From positions 41,891,836 to 41,955,835 of the forward strand of contig NC_068997.1 of NCBI RefSeq assembly GCF_001194135.2: 64,000 nt of DNA, written 5' to 3'. Shown here piece by piece: positions 27,125 through 40,880 of this stretch; position 1 is the stretch's first letter; each line of letters opens with the position of its first letter. A program made the position numbers and the translations under genes. This DNA comes from Octopus bimaculoides. Its lineage: Eukaryota. The notes under the pieces were generated by a model. It saw nothing but the letters and a program-made list of their open reading frames with translations. It had not been told where the DNA came from and made no database searches.

Positions 27125-27500
27125 TACCTTTTGCTTGTTTCAATCGTTAGACTGCGGCCATGCTGGGAAACCACCGTGAAGAATTTTTAGTCAAATGAAT
27201 TGACCCCAGTACTTATTTCTTTGTAAGGCCTGGTACTTATTCTATCAGTTTCCTTTGCTGAACTGCTAAGTTACTGGGACGTAGATACACCAACACTGGT
27301 TGTTAAGCTGTAGTAGGGGACAAACAAAGACACACACACAGAGACAGATGTGTGTGTGTGCATGCGCACTCGCAACTGGCTTGTTTCAATTTCCATCTAC
27401 CAAATCCACTTTGTCAGATCAAGGCTATAGCAAAAGGCACTTGCCCAAAGTGCCATGAATGGGACTGAAACCAGAACCATGTGATTGAGAAGCAAGCTTC
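27125..27500 (-). mobile_element. SINE family B, near full length
   Basis: Reverse complement of the 31719 copy, including the internal (TG)n. Confidence 0.85.
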
Positions 27501-27518
27501 ATTGCTTGTAATGCTTAA

Positions 27519-27738
27519 CGCTTTAACATTCAAACAGGCAATATTCAACCCGAATATTGTATCTGTTCTTTGTTCAAACTGGTCAACTCCAGCCTTTCAT
27601 ACCTACACAGCAATGTCATTCCAAAACTAAACAACCCCATCATTGAAATCTCAAAGTTACAAGACAATGCATGATCAATTCAAAATAATGTGGATGTATA
27701 AATATTATATTTGACAGAGTGATCTGAATGCTAAAGGG
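27519..27738. mobile_element. piggyBac-like MITE (subfamily 1)
   Basis: TTAA|cgctttaacatt ... gaatgctaaaggg|ataa. Confidence 0.8.
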
Positions 27739-29274
27739 ATAAACCAGAATATATTTTGTTAAACTGAGCAAGAGACACTCATTAACTAAAATACTAAGCT
27801 TAACATTTAATCAACACTTATATCCACTATGCCATTGTTATGTGATACAATTATATAATGGAAATTAGGAGCTCTAAACCTTTGTTTTCTATTTTTTTAA
27901 TGGTCATAGGTTTGTTCTTTCTTAATAAAAACTTCCCATCTGGTGTTCATCTTTGTGCTAGGCTCTGATAACCTCCTCAGTAGGCCTAGAATAGAGATGA
28001 AAACCATATGAGAGCATTTAATTAGGAAAGAACATTAAATCTACAATTATAAAATAATAGGTTTAAAGTTCCTAATTTCCACTACCTAGAGAACATATAT
28101 GTTATGTGCTAAGTCAACTTTGTAGAGCAATGTCCTCACTGTTCATTTTATTTAGTGATGCTCCCACTGTCTACTCCTTCTAGTGACATCATCATTGTCC
28201 ACCTTATCTAGACATGTCACTAGCCATGCTATCTAATAATGCAATTATCATCTACGCCTTCACATTGCCCTGTTTAAAACCTGCCCATCAACTCAGCTGT
28301 TTCCAGGGTTTCATTAATTCTCAAGGTCCTTAATTAGAAAGCAGAGGCTGAATGGCTAAGAAGCATTTCTCATTTATCTGCAGTTTTCCTTATTTGGATA
28401 CTTGCACATTACTGGATCAATGAATTTATGGTTGGATATCATTTAATTAATCACATAACTGTAAAATAGAGATTGCATCTATCATCATCCTAGAAGAGTG
28501 AAACAAACAGAGCAGTATGCCTTGCCAAGAATGTTTATAAAGCATCTCATAGCTACAAGATAATAGGTGTTACTTTTGACAGAATAAAGTGAATGCTAAA
28601 GGGTTAACAATAATGTATTAAGTAGTTCAAACACAACACACACACACACACACATCATTAACTCTCATATGTATTTTATGATGTGCTATGGGCTAAGGTG
28701 GGAGCTTCCCCACAAAATATTGCCATAAAGATTTTCTTAAAACATCTCAATGGTAGTCAAAAACAATGTGAACAAGAATTCTCTTCATTGTCAAAAGTAA
28801 CTCAACCCAATAGATAAAACCAATTAATTTCAGGAAAATACATAATCTCCATTTTATTTTCATTTCACAACTATTACTACTTTGTGGAGCTATAGTCTTG
28901 AAATAACAAAACAAAATGCAGTGAAGTTAAAACTATACACTAAATGGCACATCAAGAGTTCAGGATCTATGACTTGCCATTAATTGGTTTCTTCTATGAC
29001 ATAAATCTACTTCAGGTTAATTGGAAATTGGAACTTGTCAAATATAACAATAGTATATCGAATGTCTGTTAACAAGTACCAAACCCTAACAGCCTGACTG
29101 ACATGTCAAAAATAAGAGACCATGGCAACTAGGTTGCTCCAAACAAAAACAACAACAAAAGAGCTTGATATTATATCAGATATGCTTGTAATTCTTGTCT
29201 CATCAATTGAGACAAGATTGACATGTAACTTCTGTACCACAGTCTGTTTAAGTTCCAGAACCAAAGTTCTGAAT

Positions 29275-29750
29275 CAGTAGTTCTCAACTATTTTTTACCT
29301 ATGAGCCCCTTTGATTCCAATTTTACTTGGATGGAACCTTGTAACCATTCCATGTTTAAAAAAACCTATTATCGTTTAACGTCCGCTTTCCATGCTGGCA
29401 TGGGTTGGACAGTTTGATTGAGGACTGGTGAGCCAGAGGCTGCACCAGGCTCAATCTGATCTGGCAAAGTTTCTACAGCTGGATGCCCTTCCTAATGCCA
29501 ACCACTCCAAGAGTGTAGTGGGTGATTTTACGTGACACCGGCACGAGGGCCTGGCAACGACAACGCTCAAAAGGTGTTTTTTACGTGCTACCTGCACGGG
29601 AGCCAGTCCGGCAGCACTGGCAACGACCACGCACAATGGGAATTGTATAAAAATAAACCATTAAAATATGTCGTATTATAGAAGCATAACCAGTTTATTG
29701 CACATAAATTTTTACAGCAAAATCTTATGTGCTGCCCACCAAGGGTCATA
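29275..29750. mobile_element. hAT-like MITE interrupted by a young family C SINE (29371-29635, minus)
   Basis: Starts CAGTAGTTCTCAAC; body is the reverse of the 51214/52424 MITE; runs into a gap. Confidence 0.75.
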
Positions 29751-30223
29751 NNNNNNNNNNACAAAAACAGTTTTTCCATGACAAATTATAGCAGACAGCA
29801 GAAAAGAAAGCATTAAATAGAGGATGTATCTGGGTATCTGATTACAGAAAAGCTATGGTGAACTGTCACAGCAAATGATTGTTAGTATGTAATATAATGC
29901 AAAAAGTAGTGAGATCAATAAATATATAAAAAAAAAAAAAATGACTTTATTGTTCTTTGCAGTCTACCATCCATTCATTGGAAAGCTATCCATTTAGTTA
30001 GTGTCCTTTAATTACTGTCAGGAATCTGTGGAATAATTTAAACTCACCTAGCTATCTTTCACCATTTCCATTTTTAAAAAGAGTTTATAAATTAGATTGA
30101 GAAGTCTTAAGAAAATTGCTGCAACATGTTCTCTCCTATCTGCCAATAGGCAGTTTCAGGGGCTACATTTCCATGCTGACATGGGTTGAATAGATCTTTA
30201 AAAGGTACAGCTTAACACGTTAA

Positions 30224-30442
30224 CCCCTTAGCATTCAGATTACTCTGTTAAATGTAATGCTTATTCATTCACATAGTTTTCAATTAAAATATGCAATTAC
30301 CTCATAGCTTTAAGATTTTGATGATGTAGTTGTTTATTTTTAGAATGACATTGTAGGACAGGTAAGAGGCCAGATCTTGCTGGTTTTTGCATAAAGCATG
30401 TAGAATATTTGAACCAGATATGGTTGGGTTAATACTATGGGG
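30224..30442. mobile_element. piggyBac-like MITE (subfamily 1)
   Basis: TTAA|ccccttagcattcagattactctg ... tactatgggg|ctaa. Confidence 0.8.
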
Positions 30443-30595
30443 CTAAGCCATGATGTATTTACTGCCATTAAACCATTATGCTAACCATTTATCCAGCATG
30501 CCATAAACTAGGATACAAAAAGAATAACAGGACATGATAACTAAAGAGGAATAAAGATTCTTAATTGATTGGCTTCGGGGAAAAAAAAAAAATAG

Positions 30596-31095
30596 TTATT
30601 TCTGAATTAGGCACACAGCCTGAGATTTAGTGGGAAGGGTTGGTCATTTACATCAACCACCAACACTTGACTGGCACTTGTGCTTTATTGACACCAAAGG
30701 GATAAAAAAAAAAGTGATCACAGCAGGATTTGAACTCAAAACAATAAGAACCAGAACAAATACTACAAACATCTTCCTAACACCACAACGATTATGCTAA
30801 TCTATCATCTTCTTAATATTCTAATTTAGGCACAAAGCTAGTCATTTTGAGAGGAAGGGAATTAGTCAATTACATCAACCTCATTTCTTGTCCCTGGAAG
30901 AATGAAAGGCAAAATTAACCTCAGTGGGATTTGAACTCAGAACATAAAGAGCTGAGACAAATGCCACTAATAATAATAATTATTATTATTATTTCTAACA
31001 TTAAATAATAATTATTAAAAGGAAAGCAAGAGTACAAAACCAGAAATCTTGATGGGAGATGGTTCTGCTCTAATGATTCTATCAATCTACCACCC
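30596..31095 (-). mobile_element. Head-to-tail decayed SINE family A copies (2-3)
   Basis: Repeated ttaggcaca...ttacatcaacc...ggatttgaactca units. Confidence 0.7.
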
Positions 31096-31189
31096 TTAAT
31101 ACAATAATGATAATAATGACCAAGAAAGAATACATTTACATCAACAGAGAATCGGCATTTACATACATTGAAAGTTATTCTATGGCTGT

Positions 31190-31332
31190 GTGGAGGTGCA
31201 AGCATGGTCATGTGGTCAAGAGGATCACTTTAAGACCATGCAGTTTTGGATTCACCCCCCACTGTATGGTACCCTGGGTCAAACAATGCTTTTGAGTGAA
31301 TCTGGTTAACCCAATCTGTGTGGAAGCCTGTA

Positions 31333-31429
<97 letters not shown>

Positions 31430-31545
31430 CCCTCACTACTGCTTGACAACCAGTACTGACTGGTTTCTGTTTTGAAACTTAGTGGTTTGGAAAAAAGTGT
31501 GATAGAATAAGTAGCAGACTTAATAAGTAATGGGGTCAATTTATT
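31190..31545 (+). mobile_element. SINE family B with expanded internal (TG)n
   Basis: tRNA-like head, (TG)n at ~31339-31425, then gcttgacaacc...gatagaataagta. Confidence 0.75.
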
Positions 31546-31554
31546 CAGGTAAAC

Positions 31555-32206
31555 CAAGTAGTTCTCAACCAAAGCCTATATGGCCCTTGGGGTCCATATA
31601 AGGTTTTGTTGTTAAAATATACCTACAATAAACTTGCTTATACTTTTACAATACATAAAATATTTTAACAATTTGTAATATTTTAATTATAAAATTTTTT
31701 ATAAAAAAAAACATCTAAAGGTGCAGGAGTGGCTGTGTGGTAAGTAGCTTGCTTACCAACCACATGGTTCTGGGTTCAGTCCCATTGCGTGGCACCTTGG
31801 GCAAGTGTCTACTACTATAGCCTCGGGCCGACCAAAGCCTTGTGAGTGGATTTGGTAGACGGAAACTGAAAGAAGCCTGTCGTATATATGTATAAACATA
31901 TATATAAGTATGTATGTGTGTGTCTGTGTTTGTCCCCCCAACATCGCTTGACAACCGATGCTGGTGTGTTTACGTCCCCGTAACTTAGCGGTTCAGCAAA
32001 AGAGACCGATAGAATAAGTACTAGGCTTCCAAAGAATAAGTCTTGGGGTCGATTTGCTCGACTAAAGGCGTTGCTCCAGCATGGCCGCAGTCAAATGACT
32101 GAAACAAGTAAAAGAGTAAAGAGTAATGGCTAGGTGGGTCCATCTGAGTGAAAGAGTAATGGGGGAGGGGGGGGGCTATTAGGAAAAAAATGGTTGAGAA
32201 ACACTG
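31555..32206. mobile_element. hAT-like MITE with 8-bp TSD, carrying a nested SINE
   Basis: AGGTAAAC|CAAGTAGTTCTCAACC ... GGTTGAGAAACACTG|AGCTAAAC (TSD 7/8 identical). Confidence 0.8.
31719..32126 (+). mobile_element. SINE family B, full length, young (tRNA head and CORE-like domain)
   Basis: gtggctgtgtggtaag (A box), ggttcagtccc (B box), caccttgggcaagtgtct core, internal TA/TG repeat, (AAGAGTA)n-like tail; CpGs retained. Confidence 0.9.
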
Positions 32207-33554
32207 AGCTAAACCCTTGAAGGAAGTGCCCAAGCGTGGTTGCAGTCCACTGACTAAAACAAGGATAAATGATACCAACAAAAAAACAAAGTGGCATAAG
32301 CATACACCAGGAACTGACAGAGACTGACAAAATATCAATACTCTGAGATAAGTCAATAGACACAGACAAGGAGATCAAAGTTAAGTGACTGGATATTATC
32401 ACCACAGAGCACCAAATCCCAACAGATAATAATGCATCTCCCATAGAAAAGGAAATATTATCTAATATAAAGATCCAGAAAGAGATAAAACAATAAAATA
32501 ATGACTTCTTTGTACTAATTTACAAATAAGTAACAAAAGTTATTTGATACTCAATACATAAGTAGAGTATAATAGCACAAAGTAAATCCCAGCTGATACA
32601 ATGTAAAATGGCATTTATTGGACTTAAATTTCAGATCTTTCAATTTCTTTGGAATTAATACTTGTGTTATTCCCAGTAAAAGAAATTATGATTGAAATTT
32701 AAATCCACAAACTCACAATTACATTGTGCCAGTTGTTGAATATTACTTTATTTTTTTTTTTTTGTGAAATAGAATAACCTAAATGTAGGGGCTAAAAAAC
32801 AAAAAATCCTTAATAATAATAGATCCCTTAAGAATGATAAAAAAACACAATGCAGGCAAAACCCCATACTTCAAATTTTCACAACATGTAGGAAACAGAA
32901 AAAAAATGTGCTTCGCAATATGTAATGAAAGCATTCTATAGCATAATAATAATAATGCCCTACTGCAATACCATGCAGGCCCTCAAGCAATACCAAGCAT
33001 GCTCTGATGCAATACCAGGCTGTGGTTATCATGACATCTGATCTTAACTAATTGGAAGTGTTACATTGTACATGTTTTGTCTTGGTGTAAAAGATGGGCT
33101 ACAGCAAATATTCTGTGCATCTCTGATCACAAGCAGGGGAGTGGGGNNNNNNNNNNNNNNNNNNNNNNNNNNNNNNNNNNNNNNNNNNNNNNNNNNNNNN
33201 NGGGGGGGGGGGGGGCATTATAGCCAAATACCGAGAGGGATTCTTTGAGGTTTGAATAATTCACCCTTGGAAACATGGATGTCTCATTCATCATTCTTAA
33301 ACAACCTTTATTCAGGGGTTATTTGAGTAGGATGGGCTACTCGACCTAAAGAAAATTCTAACTGGGGCCTACCCACAAGGTCATGCTTTGTTTATCTTGA
33401 TATGAAACTACCATGTCATGCACTTATGGTTGTGATGCATGTGCCTGATGTACCCTTATCAGATGGGCAGTCATGGTGGGTATATTAGGCTCCATATACT
33501 TGTATCCCAGTGTCACTTTGATGGCATGTGCTGCTCTCTCACTCAATAATAATT

Positions 33555-33785
33555 TTTTCTATTCTAGGCACAAAGCCTGAAATTTTATAGACAAGGTTAA
33601 TCAATTACATTGACCTCAGTGCACAAGGTCAGCAATTTTGAGGGGAGCGGAGTTCTTCATTGGTACTTCATTTTATTGATTCCAAAATAATAAATGGTAA
33701 ATTTGGCTTGATTTGAACTCAGAACTTTAAGAGCAGAAACAAATGCCAAAGAGCATTTTTTTCCAGCACTCTACTAATCCAAATA
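33555..33785 (-). mobile_element. SINE family A fragments
   Basis: ctaggcacaaagcctgaaattt...gatttgaactcagaac. Confidence 0.7.
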
Positions 33786-35494
33786 ACGATTACGATGATT
33801 AATAATAATAATCATTAATATTATATATTCTAATAATCTGCATAGACTGATTTAGATTTTTAAAAATCTACCCAACATAACAATGAGTGAGAATGGAAAA
33901 AAAATGCATATTTTTCAGTTGATCATTCAAAATATCAAAGCTATCTAATTTAAGGGTGTTGCTAAAAATAACAACAACAACAATAATTAGTAATAAAAAA
34001 AGTGTGTACAAATATAATAATGAAAATAATAATTGTTATTTGAGAGACTGCCCATGCCTATATGAGTGACACATAGTTAATGAGTCAGACAAAAACAGAC
34101 TTCAAGGGAATGTGAGTCAGAAAAGAGAAATAAAAAGAAGCCAATCCTTAGTTTGCAAATAAATCTGTTATGTGACAAGGTTTATTGTGATGTGACTGTT
34201 GTTACTGGTTTCAATGAAGCAACGGGCTTCTAACGGGGGAACCATATCAATTTTATTGCAATGCCTTGTTTATTTGGAACATACCAGAATTCTTTATTCC
34301 AATACAATACAAAACTTTCTGAGAGAGTAGCCATAATATAAATTTTTACAAAGTCACAAACTCTCTAAATGCAAGCTAACAAGGGAGGCCCTATACAGTT
34401 AGAAAGAGCAGTAAATAAAATTTCCTTAAAATTACATTTTACTGTTAAAAAAAAAAAACAAAAAAAAAAACAGAAAAGCATGTTAGATAATGTAGTCCTT
34501 ATAAATACTATCAGGGATAGTCAGAGCTATCCTGGAGATGAACAATAATGCTTTCAAGCAAATCTAAGTTATAAATATAATATAAATATTTTAGACAAGA
34601 GGTATTAAATGGATTCTAATTTTATGACCAAAAGATTATGATCTGAGAAAAGGCACATAACATGTAAAATCAAACTAGCCGTCAGTAAATAGCAGAATTG
34701 AAGGGGTTGGTACTAGGAATGAACTGAAAAATCTTCCTAGCTACAAAAATTTAACATCTTTAACCACTGGTCAATCCTGATTCAACAGACTGATGATTAA
34801 AGCTTTTCCAGCCATAAACCATTGTATCTTATTGAATACTGACAACAGTGTCCATTGCTTTTTTGCTATGACAGCAGAAAGTGATTCAAGAGGACTTGGC
34901 TGCTATTTCTAAAAGATCAACAACTATGTTAAGGCTCCTTTTGTGGTGGAGGCTTTCACAAACAAATTTCCAAGCTGGAAGTGATAGTATTTGTACATGT
35001 GAATCATGTATTATTCACATTCATTTTTATCAATGCTCTCCCTTCATTAGTCATTTCAACTTACTTTGGTCAATAGCTTTTAATTAACCACAAACTGTAC
35101 CCCACCACACATACAATTTGTTCCACAAAACCTCCTTACTCACTTCATGTAAGCAAGGAACTTTTGTGTTTCCCTCAAATACACATATTTACAATACAAA
35201 GCTTGGGTCCTCCACTCTATTCTTCATACCTGAAAAAATATCATATGCAATCTACAGCACTGTGAACATAGTAAGTGACTACATCTTCAAGTTTATGTGA
35301 TAATTATATATAAATATATATTGCACTATACAGACAAAACAGTTTGGATGCAACACACCCATGAAGCAAACAACCTACTCCATCAAATATAAAAGACGCA
35401 GTTGATGGAGCAGGTTGCTTCTAAAATGCATTATTGGATGTACATGTAGATTTAAACACTAAAAGTTATTCAAGTCAATTCAACTTGGATGTAT

Positions 35495-35985
35495 GTCAGT
35501 GTGCATGTGCAACAAGAGAAGTTGAGCATAAGAAGAATTATATATGCAGTGTGCAAGAAAGGAGACTGCACTGGTTTGGTCATGTGATGCAGATAGATGA
35601 GGACAGTTGCGTAAAGAAGTGCCAATCACTTAAAGTGGAGAGAAGTTGTGGAAGAGAGAGACTCAGGAAGACAGGAGATGAAGTATTGAAGGCTGGCCTC
35701 AAAATGCAAAAACCTTATGAAAGAGATAATAGGACCAAGATATGTGGTATACTCGAGAAGACCTGCCCACAACAGAACTGAAATCCAATGTGCCACATAA
35801 AAAGCACCATGCAAAAAGTACCCGGTACATTTTCTGGAGTGGTTGGCATTAGGAAGAGCATCCAACTGTAAAAACCAAGCCAAAACAGATTATGGGACCT
35901 GATGCAGCCCCTGGCCTTGCCAGTTCCTGTCAAGCTATCCAACACATGCCAGCATAGAAAACAGATGCTAAATGATGATGATGAT
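35495..35985 (+). mobile_element. RTE LINE 3' fragment followed by SINE family C
   Basis: CSVQERRLHWFGHVMQIDEDSCVKKCQSLKVERSCGRERLRKTGDEV; family C at ~35785-35985. Confidence 0.85.
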
Positions 35986-36564
35986 GTTGTTCTAGGAAAG
36001 AAAATAGAAGTTGATAGGAAGTTGTGTATCACTGCTCTTCTGGAAGTATCCATATGATGACAGAACAATCCACAGACACAACAGGACATAGCCAGTAAGA
36101 AACAATATCTAATGATACCTAAATGGTATCAAGATATTTACTATGTTCAAACAACTTGTCAGTCAGTTTCCATATAAAAAAAATACATACGTTTCAACCT
36201 TGTGAAGAAAGTATGCTAAAGGATCTTGTTGTGTATGTCAAAAAAAAAAAAACAATAATAATAAACTGATTAGAAACACCCATACAATCTACAAAATGTG
36301 TTCTATTGTGATAAAAAAAAAAAAAAAATCAAATAGCACATTCACAACAATAACATCAAATGCAATAAGAGCTGTGACAATGAGATTAGATAACAAGTCT
36401 ATTAATAAAAACACCATGTTTATGATATGCATACATCAACATGTTAGTTATTTAAGTGGAGTTGTGAGGCTTCAGAAAATTTTGACATTTACATAATTAA
36501 TACATCAATGAGACAGCCTTCCAAGCATGAAGCAAAAATGGTACTTGTCAGTTGAACAGATTAA

Positions 36565-36774
36565 CCCTTTAGCATTTTGTCAAAAATAATGCTTATTTAT
36601 TCTCATTGTTTTGAATTAATTTGCATTATCTTGTGCCTTTGGAATTTTGATGGAGCAACTGTCAATTTTTAGAATGATATTGTAAGGTTGGTGTAAGAAG
36701 CCAGATCTGGCCAGTTTGAACATAAAACAGGTGGAATATTTTGGCCAGATATGGCCAGTTTAAATGCTAAAGTG
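36565..36774. mobile_element. piggyBac-like MITE (subfamily 1)
   Basis: TTAA|CCCTTTAGCATTT ... AAATGCTAAAGTG|TTAA. Confidence 0.9.
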
Positions 36775-37734
36775 TTAAGAAAGATGTGTTGTTGTAAAGC
36801 CTCAAATTAGTCTAGACATAGCAGGAAGAAGGGTATGATAAAAGGCATTCCAATCATGACAAAGCTGTCTTTGTTTTAGACATATCCAATGAATATACCC
36901 TTCTTTTTTAAGAAGAGGAAGTAGATTGTAATTTTAGAGAGATTTGGCTGGTATTTCTAGCAGGTTAAGCAACCACATAAAGACACTCTTGTTGGTTTAA
37001 AAAGTTTTGTAGTTTGTCTAGGAGCACAGCACAATGTCTGCAGCCAGTTTTGAACTCATAACCCTATTAGCAAGCTATCAGATTAACTGCCATTACCAAT
37101 GAACTACTTCTATTATGAAAATTAATCAACATAGCTAACCGCTAACCAAGTAATTATTTTTTTGTTAACAATAATCATAACGATTGAGATGCTAAGAAAA
37201 GTCAGCCATCAATAATGAAGTAAATAACTATACTAAATAATCAATCAAGCCATTAAACATAGATTTAGAACAGTAACACTAAAAATAATTATTTACCTAT
37301 AACATTGTTCTAGAATATTTATTTTAGAAATATTTCAGAAAATCAAACTAAATAGCAAAAAAAAAAAAAAGATGCCAGAACAAAATTTTGACAAATTTAA
37401 TTAGAGTTTAGAAGAACAAAATTTCAGTTGTTTCTGATCGCATTTTTACTAAATTAAGATGTGTTGTTCCCATAAGTAAACACAAAATATTTTTTTAATT
37501 TCGACTTCTCCTGTCAAGTTTTGGCACCCAAACTTTAAGCATGAGCAAATTATTAATTACTCGCAAGTTAAAAGAATACTATTTCCTTCCACTTTTCACA
37601 AACACAAAACTTCATTTCCCATACAGCATAATCTTAACACGTGAATCGGCACCAAAAATTTTACTTCCTTTTTATGACTTAATACTTGAATTTTAGCTGC
37701 AACAACAGCAACTCTAATAACAACAACAATAATA

Positions 37735-38145
37735 ATCCTTTCTACTAAAGGCATAAGGTCTGAAATTTTGGGGGAGGGGACTAGTTGATCACATCGACCC
37801 CAGTGTTTCACAGGTACTTATTTTATCGACCCCAAAGGAATTTGAACTCAGAACGTAAGGATGGACAAAATACCATTAGGCATTTTGCTTGGCATGCTAA
37901 CAATTCTGCCAGCTCGCCACTTTAATAATAATAATAATAATGCTTTCAAATTTTGGCACAAGGCCAGCAATTTCAGGAGAGGGGATAAGTCAATTACATC
38001 AACCTCAATACTTGACTGGTACTTTCTTTTATTGAAATCCCCACCTCTTCCATCTCTGGAGGGATGAGCAGTAAAGTTGACTTTTAGGGAACTTGAACTT
38101 AGAATGTAAAGAGCTTGAACACATACAGCAAAGCATTTTATTCTT
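37735..38145 (-). mobile_element. Two head-to-tail SINE family A copies joined by (AAT)n
   Basis: Copies at ~37735-37922 and ~37940-38145. Confidence 0.85.
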
Positions 38146-38449
38146 ATTCTAACAATAATAATGTTTCTTTTCTTGTCACTAAGATGTTACAATAATATGT
38201 AGAGGTATACAAAATAACATAAAAACAATGAGAGGGGCAAAGGTATTATGCAACATGTTTGGTTTTATTTTCATATGCAAGATAATTAAATGAATGTGCA
38301 TAAGACACAATATAATTTAAAGAGAATTGATTAAATAATTCAAGAAACAAATAAGGGAATCACACCTACACATATGTAAAAAAAACTGCCACATGGCCTT
38401 GACTACCTTCTGCTTTCATGTATTCCTCTAGATACTGGTGACGACTGAT

Positions 38450-39040
38450 CCCCAAAAGTGCTCCCATAACAATCTCAAACAAGAAAGGGCTTACATCCTC
38501 TTAGTAGTTTAAGCTACAGTAACTTGTAAACCCTGTAACGGTTTTCACCAGTAAACTATCTCCTGCATTTTTCATAGAATCATTCATTGTCCATCACCTC
38601 ACAAACTGCACTCAAACATTTTCTTGAGTTTCTCACAAGGGATTTTGATCATCCATCAATTGGTTGTTTGCCATGCAAAGCAATATAATATTCATACACT
38701 CACAGGAGATGGTTTCCTCTGCATGCATTATACTTGTCTTTTCTTTTATTCTTTCCACTCCCCTGACACTCCTTGTCTATTCTCAATTTCTTTCTCATAG
38801 TTACACGATGGAGTAGTGATGCTAATGGTTATGGCTAAGGAAGTGAGCCCCAGTTTGTCAACTGCTGGAACTGAGGATGAGGTCATCACTTCTGATATTT
38901 GCCGAGCCTCAAATCATAATGCTTGGAGAACAGTTCCTGTGCTAATTTTATTTCTTGATTTATTCTTAGTGTAAAGCTCTCAAATGGTCATTCTTGCATC
39001 ACATAAAGCAACTAAGCACTCTACTGTGTACTGCCAGTCT
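38450..39040 (-). mobile_element. Very decayed RTE-like RT fragment
   Basis: Weak RT-like motifs on the minus strand (MHGKQ ~ FMPGKS, VTV..L..SPFL-like). Confidence 0.35.
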
Positions 39041-39060
39041 CTGGGGCCATTAAGACTTAA

Positions 39061-39266
39061 TCCTTTAGCATTTAAACCAGCCTGATCTTACCTGTTTTAT
39101 GTTCAAACTGGCCAGATCTGACCTCTCACACCTACCTTACAATGTCACTCTAAAAATAAGTATCACATCATCAAAATCTGAAAGCTACAAGATAATGCAT
39201 GATTAATTGCAAAGAATATCAATAAATAAGCATTGCATTTGAAACAGTAATCTGAATGCTGAAGAA
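39061..39266. mobile_element. piggyBac-like MITE (subfamily 1)
   Basis: TTAA|tcctttagcattt ... gaatgctgaagaa|TTAA. Confidence 0.85.
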
Positions 39267-40244
39267 TTAAATACCCATACAGAGCCCTTTAAAACCAAAT
39301 ATTTGCTTCTATTCATCTTAGTCACCTCAGCATTCCCCGTCTACCCATACTATAACACAAAAGTAGCAGAAACCAAGGATCAACATCATGACTAATGTTC
39401 TTTGCCGTGATCCTCATACTGCATTGTCGTGTGTACTGAGGGATAAATTTATGGGCAGGAGTGTGACAATAGCTCACCCCACATTCATGCCCCAACCCCG
39501 GTTTCAAAAACTAGACATACAGTCCAATAACTGCTACTCCCAACTAACAGAGAACATGTCACTTGATGCACTGACCAGGGTTCATAAGGTAAACTATGCA
39601 TTTTTGGAGATACATAGGCATGTGACCTTACTCCTAGCTTGTTCTTGAATAAAAATGTCTGGTGCGGAAGTGTTTGCCTTGGTTAAAAATCTCTGCCACT
39701 GATTTCTTCCCTGTTAGATCATGCATATTTTAGATCTAATTAATTGTAAGTAGTGTTAGCAAAGAAATTACAAGTACCATCTGCATTGCTCAAACAATCA
39801 CCCATTAAATTAGGTTTGTTTTCTTTATTTAGCAAAATATGTGTACATGTGTGCAGTATTGTTTGTTGCTAACAGATTATTTCAAGTAGTTCAAACTGAC
39901 ATTTTTAAACATTAAAATATTTTATTTTCATGTACAATGCATGAATCTTGTTGGGAAAGAGAAAATGGTTGTTGTTTTTTTAGTTTTTATTTTGCCTTTT
40001 TTTTTGTTTTCTTTGTTTATGTTGTCATGTTCACTTTTTTTTAAAATCATCTTAAGTGAGAAACAAAAACAGAAAAATAAAATTATGCCCCAAAATGACA
40101 GATTCTATGCCCCACTCAAGCTTGAGAGTAGATGTCCAATGCAATGTCAGAGATTCTGTGTTTGAAATTATTCCAAAAGGAATATTTTTGTCTTTGGTTG
40201 TACTTGATAAAAGAGGCTGAAAATTGCAGGATCAGAATCATTAA

Positions 40245-40430
40245 CCCTTTAGCATTCAGATTACTCTGTCAAATGTAATGCTCATTTATTCAGTGTTTTG
40301 ATTTCAAGAATGTGATTGCGTATTCTTAGATGATATTGTAGGGTAGGTGCAAGAGGCCAGATGTGACCAGTTTGGACATAAAACAAATAGGATATTTGGG
40401 CCGGATATGGCCAGTTTAAATGCTAAAGGA
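40245..40430. mobile_element. piggyBac-like MITE (subfamily 1)
   Basis: TTAA|CCCTTTAGCATT ... AATGCTAAAGGA|TTAA. Confidence 0.9.
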
Positions 40431-40564
40431 TTAAAGCATCAGAAGGCCTTCAGATATTTAGTCTGTATCCCAGTGCTCGTGAGTTCAAATCACATTAAGA
40501 TCAACTCTACCTTTCATCTTTCTGGGGTTGATTAAGTTCCACTCAAGTACTAGGATCAGTTCTA

Positions 40565-40880
40565 GTGGATACATGTGGCTTAGTAGTTAGGGCATTCAGC
40601 TCACGATCATAAGGTTATGAGTTCAATACCTAGCAGCATGTTGTGTCCCTGAGCAAAACACTTTATTTCACATTGCTCCAGTCCACTCAGCTGGCAAAAA
40701 TGAGTAGTACCTGTAATTCAAAGGGCCAGTCTAGTCACATTGTATCTCCCTGGGAACTACATTAAGGGTACACGTGTCTGTGGAATACTCTGCCACTTGC
40801 ACATTCATTTCACAAGCAGGCTGTTCCATTGGTCAGATCAACTGGACTCCTTGTTGTCACAACTGACGGATTGCCAGTTT
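40565..40880 (+). mobile_element. tRNA-derived SINE family D
   Basis: gtggcttagtagttagg (A box), gagttcaatacc (B box), tgttgtgtccctgagcaaaacacttt core; related minus copy at ~46300-46525. Confidence 0.75.

Noticed and set aside
31719-31800. tRNA-like A/B boxes here and at 40565, 50474 and elsewhere
   Set aside because: These are SINE heads continuing into SINE bodies, not cloverleaf tRNA genes.
35365-35386. Hairpin 3' arm TGATGGAGTAGGTTGTTTGCTT is 17/22 identical to let-7
   Set aside because: Two seed mismatches and the wrong arm (let-7 is 5p); likely coincidence.
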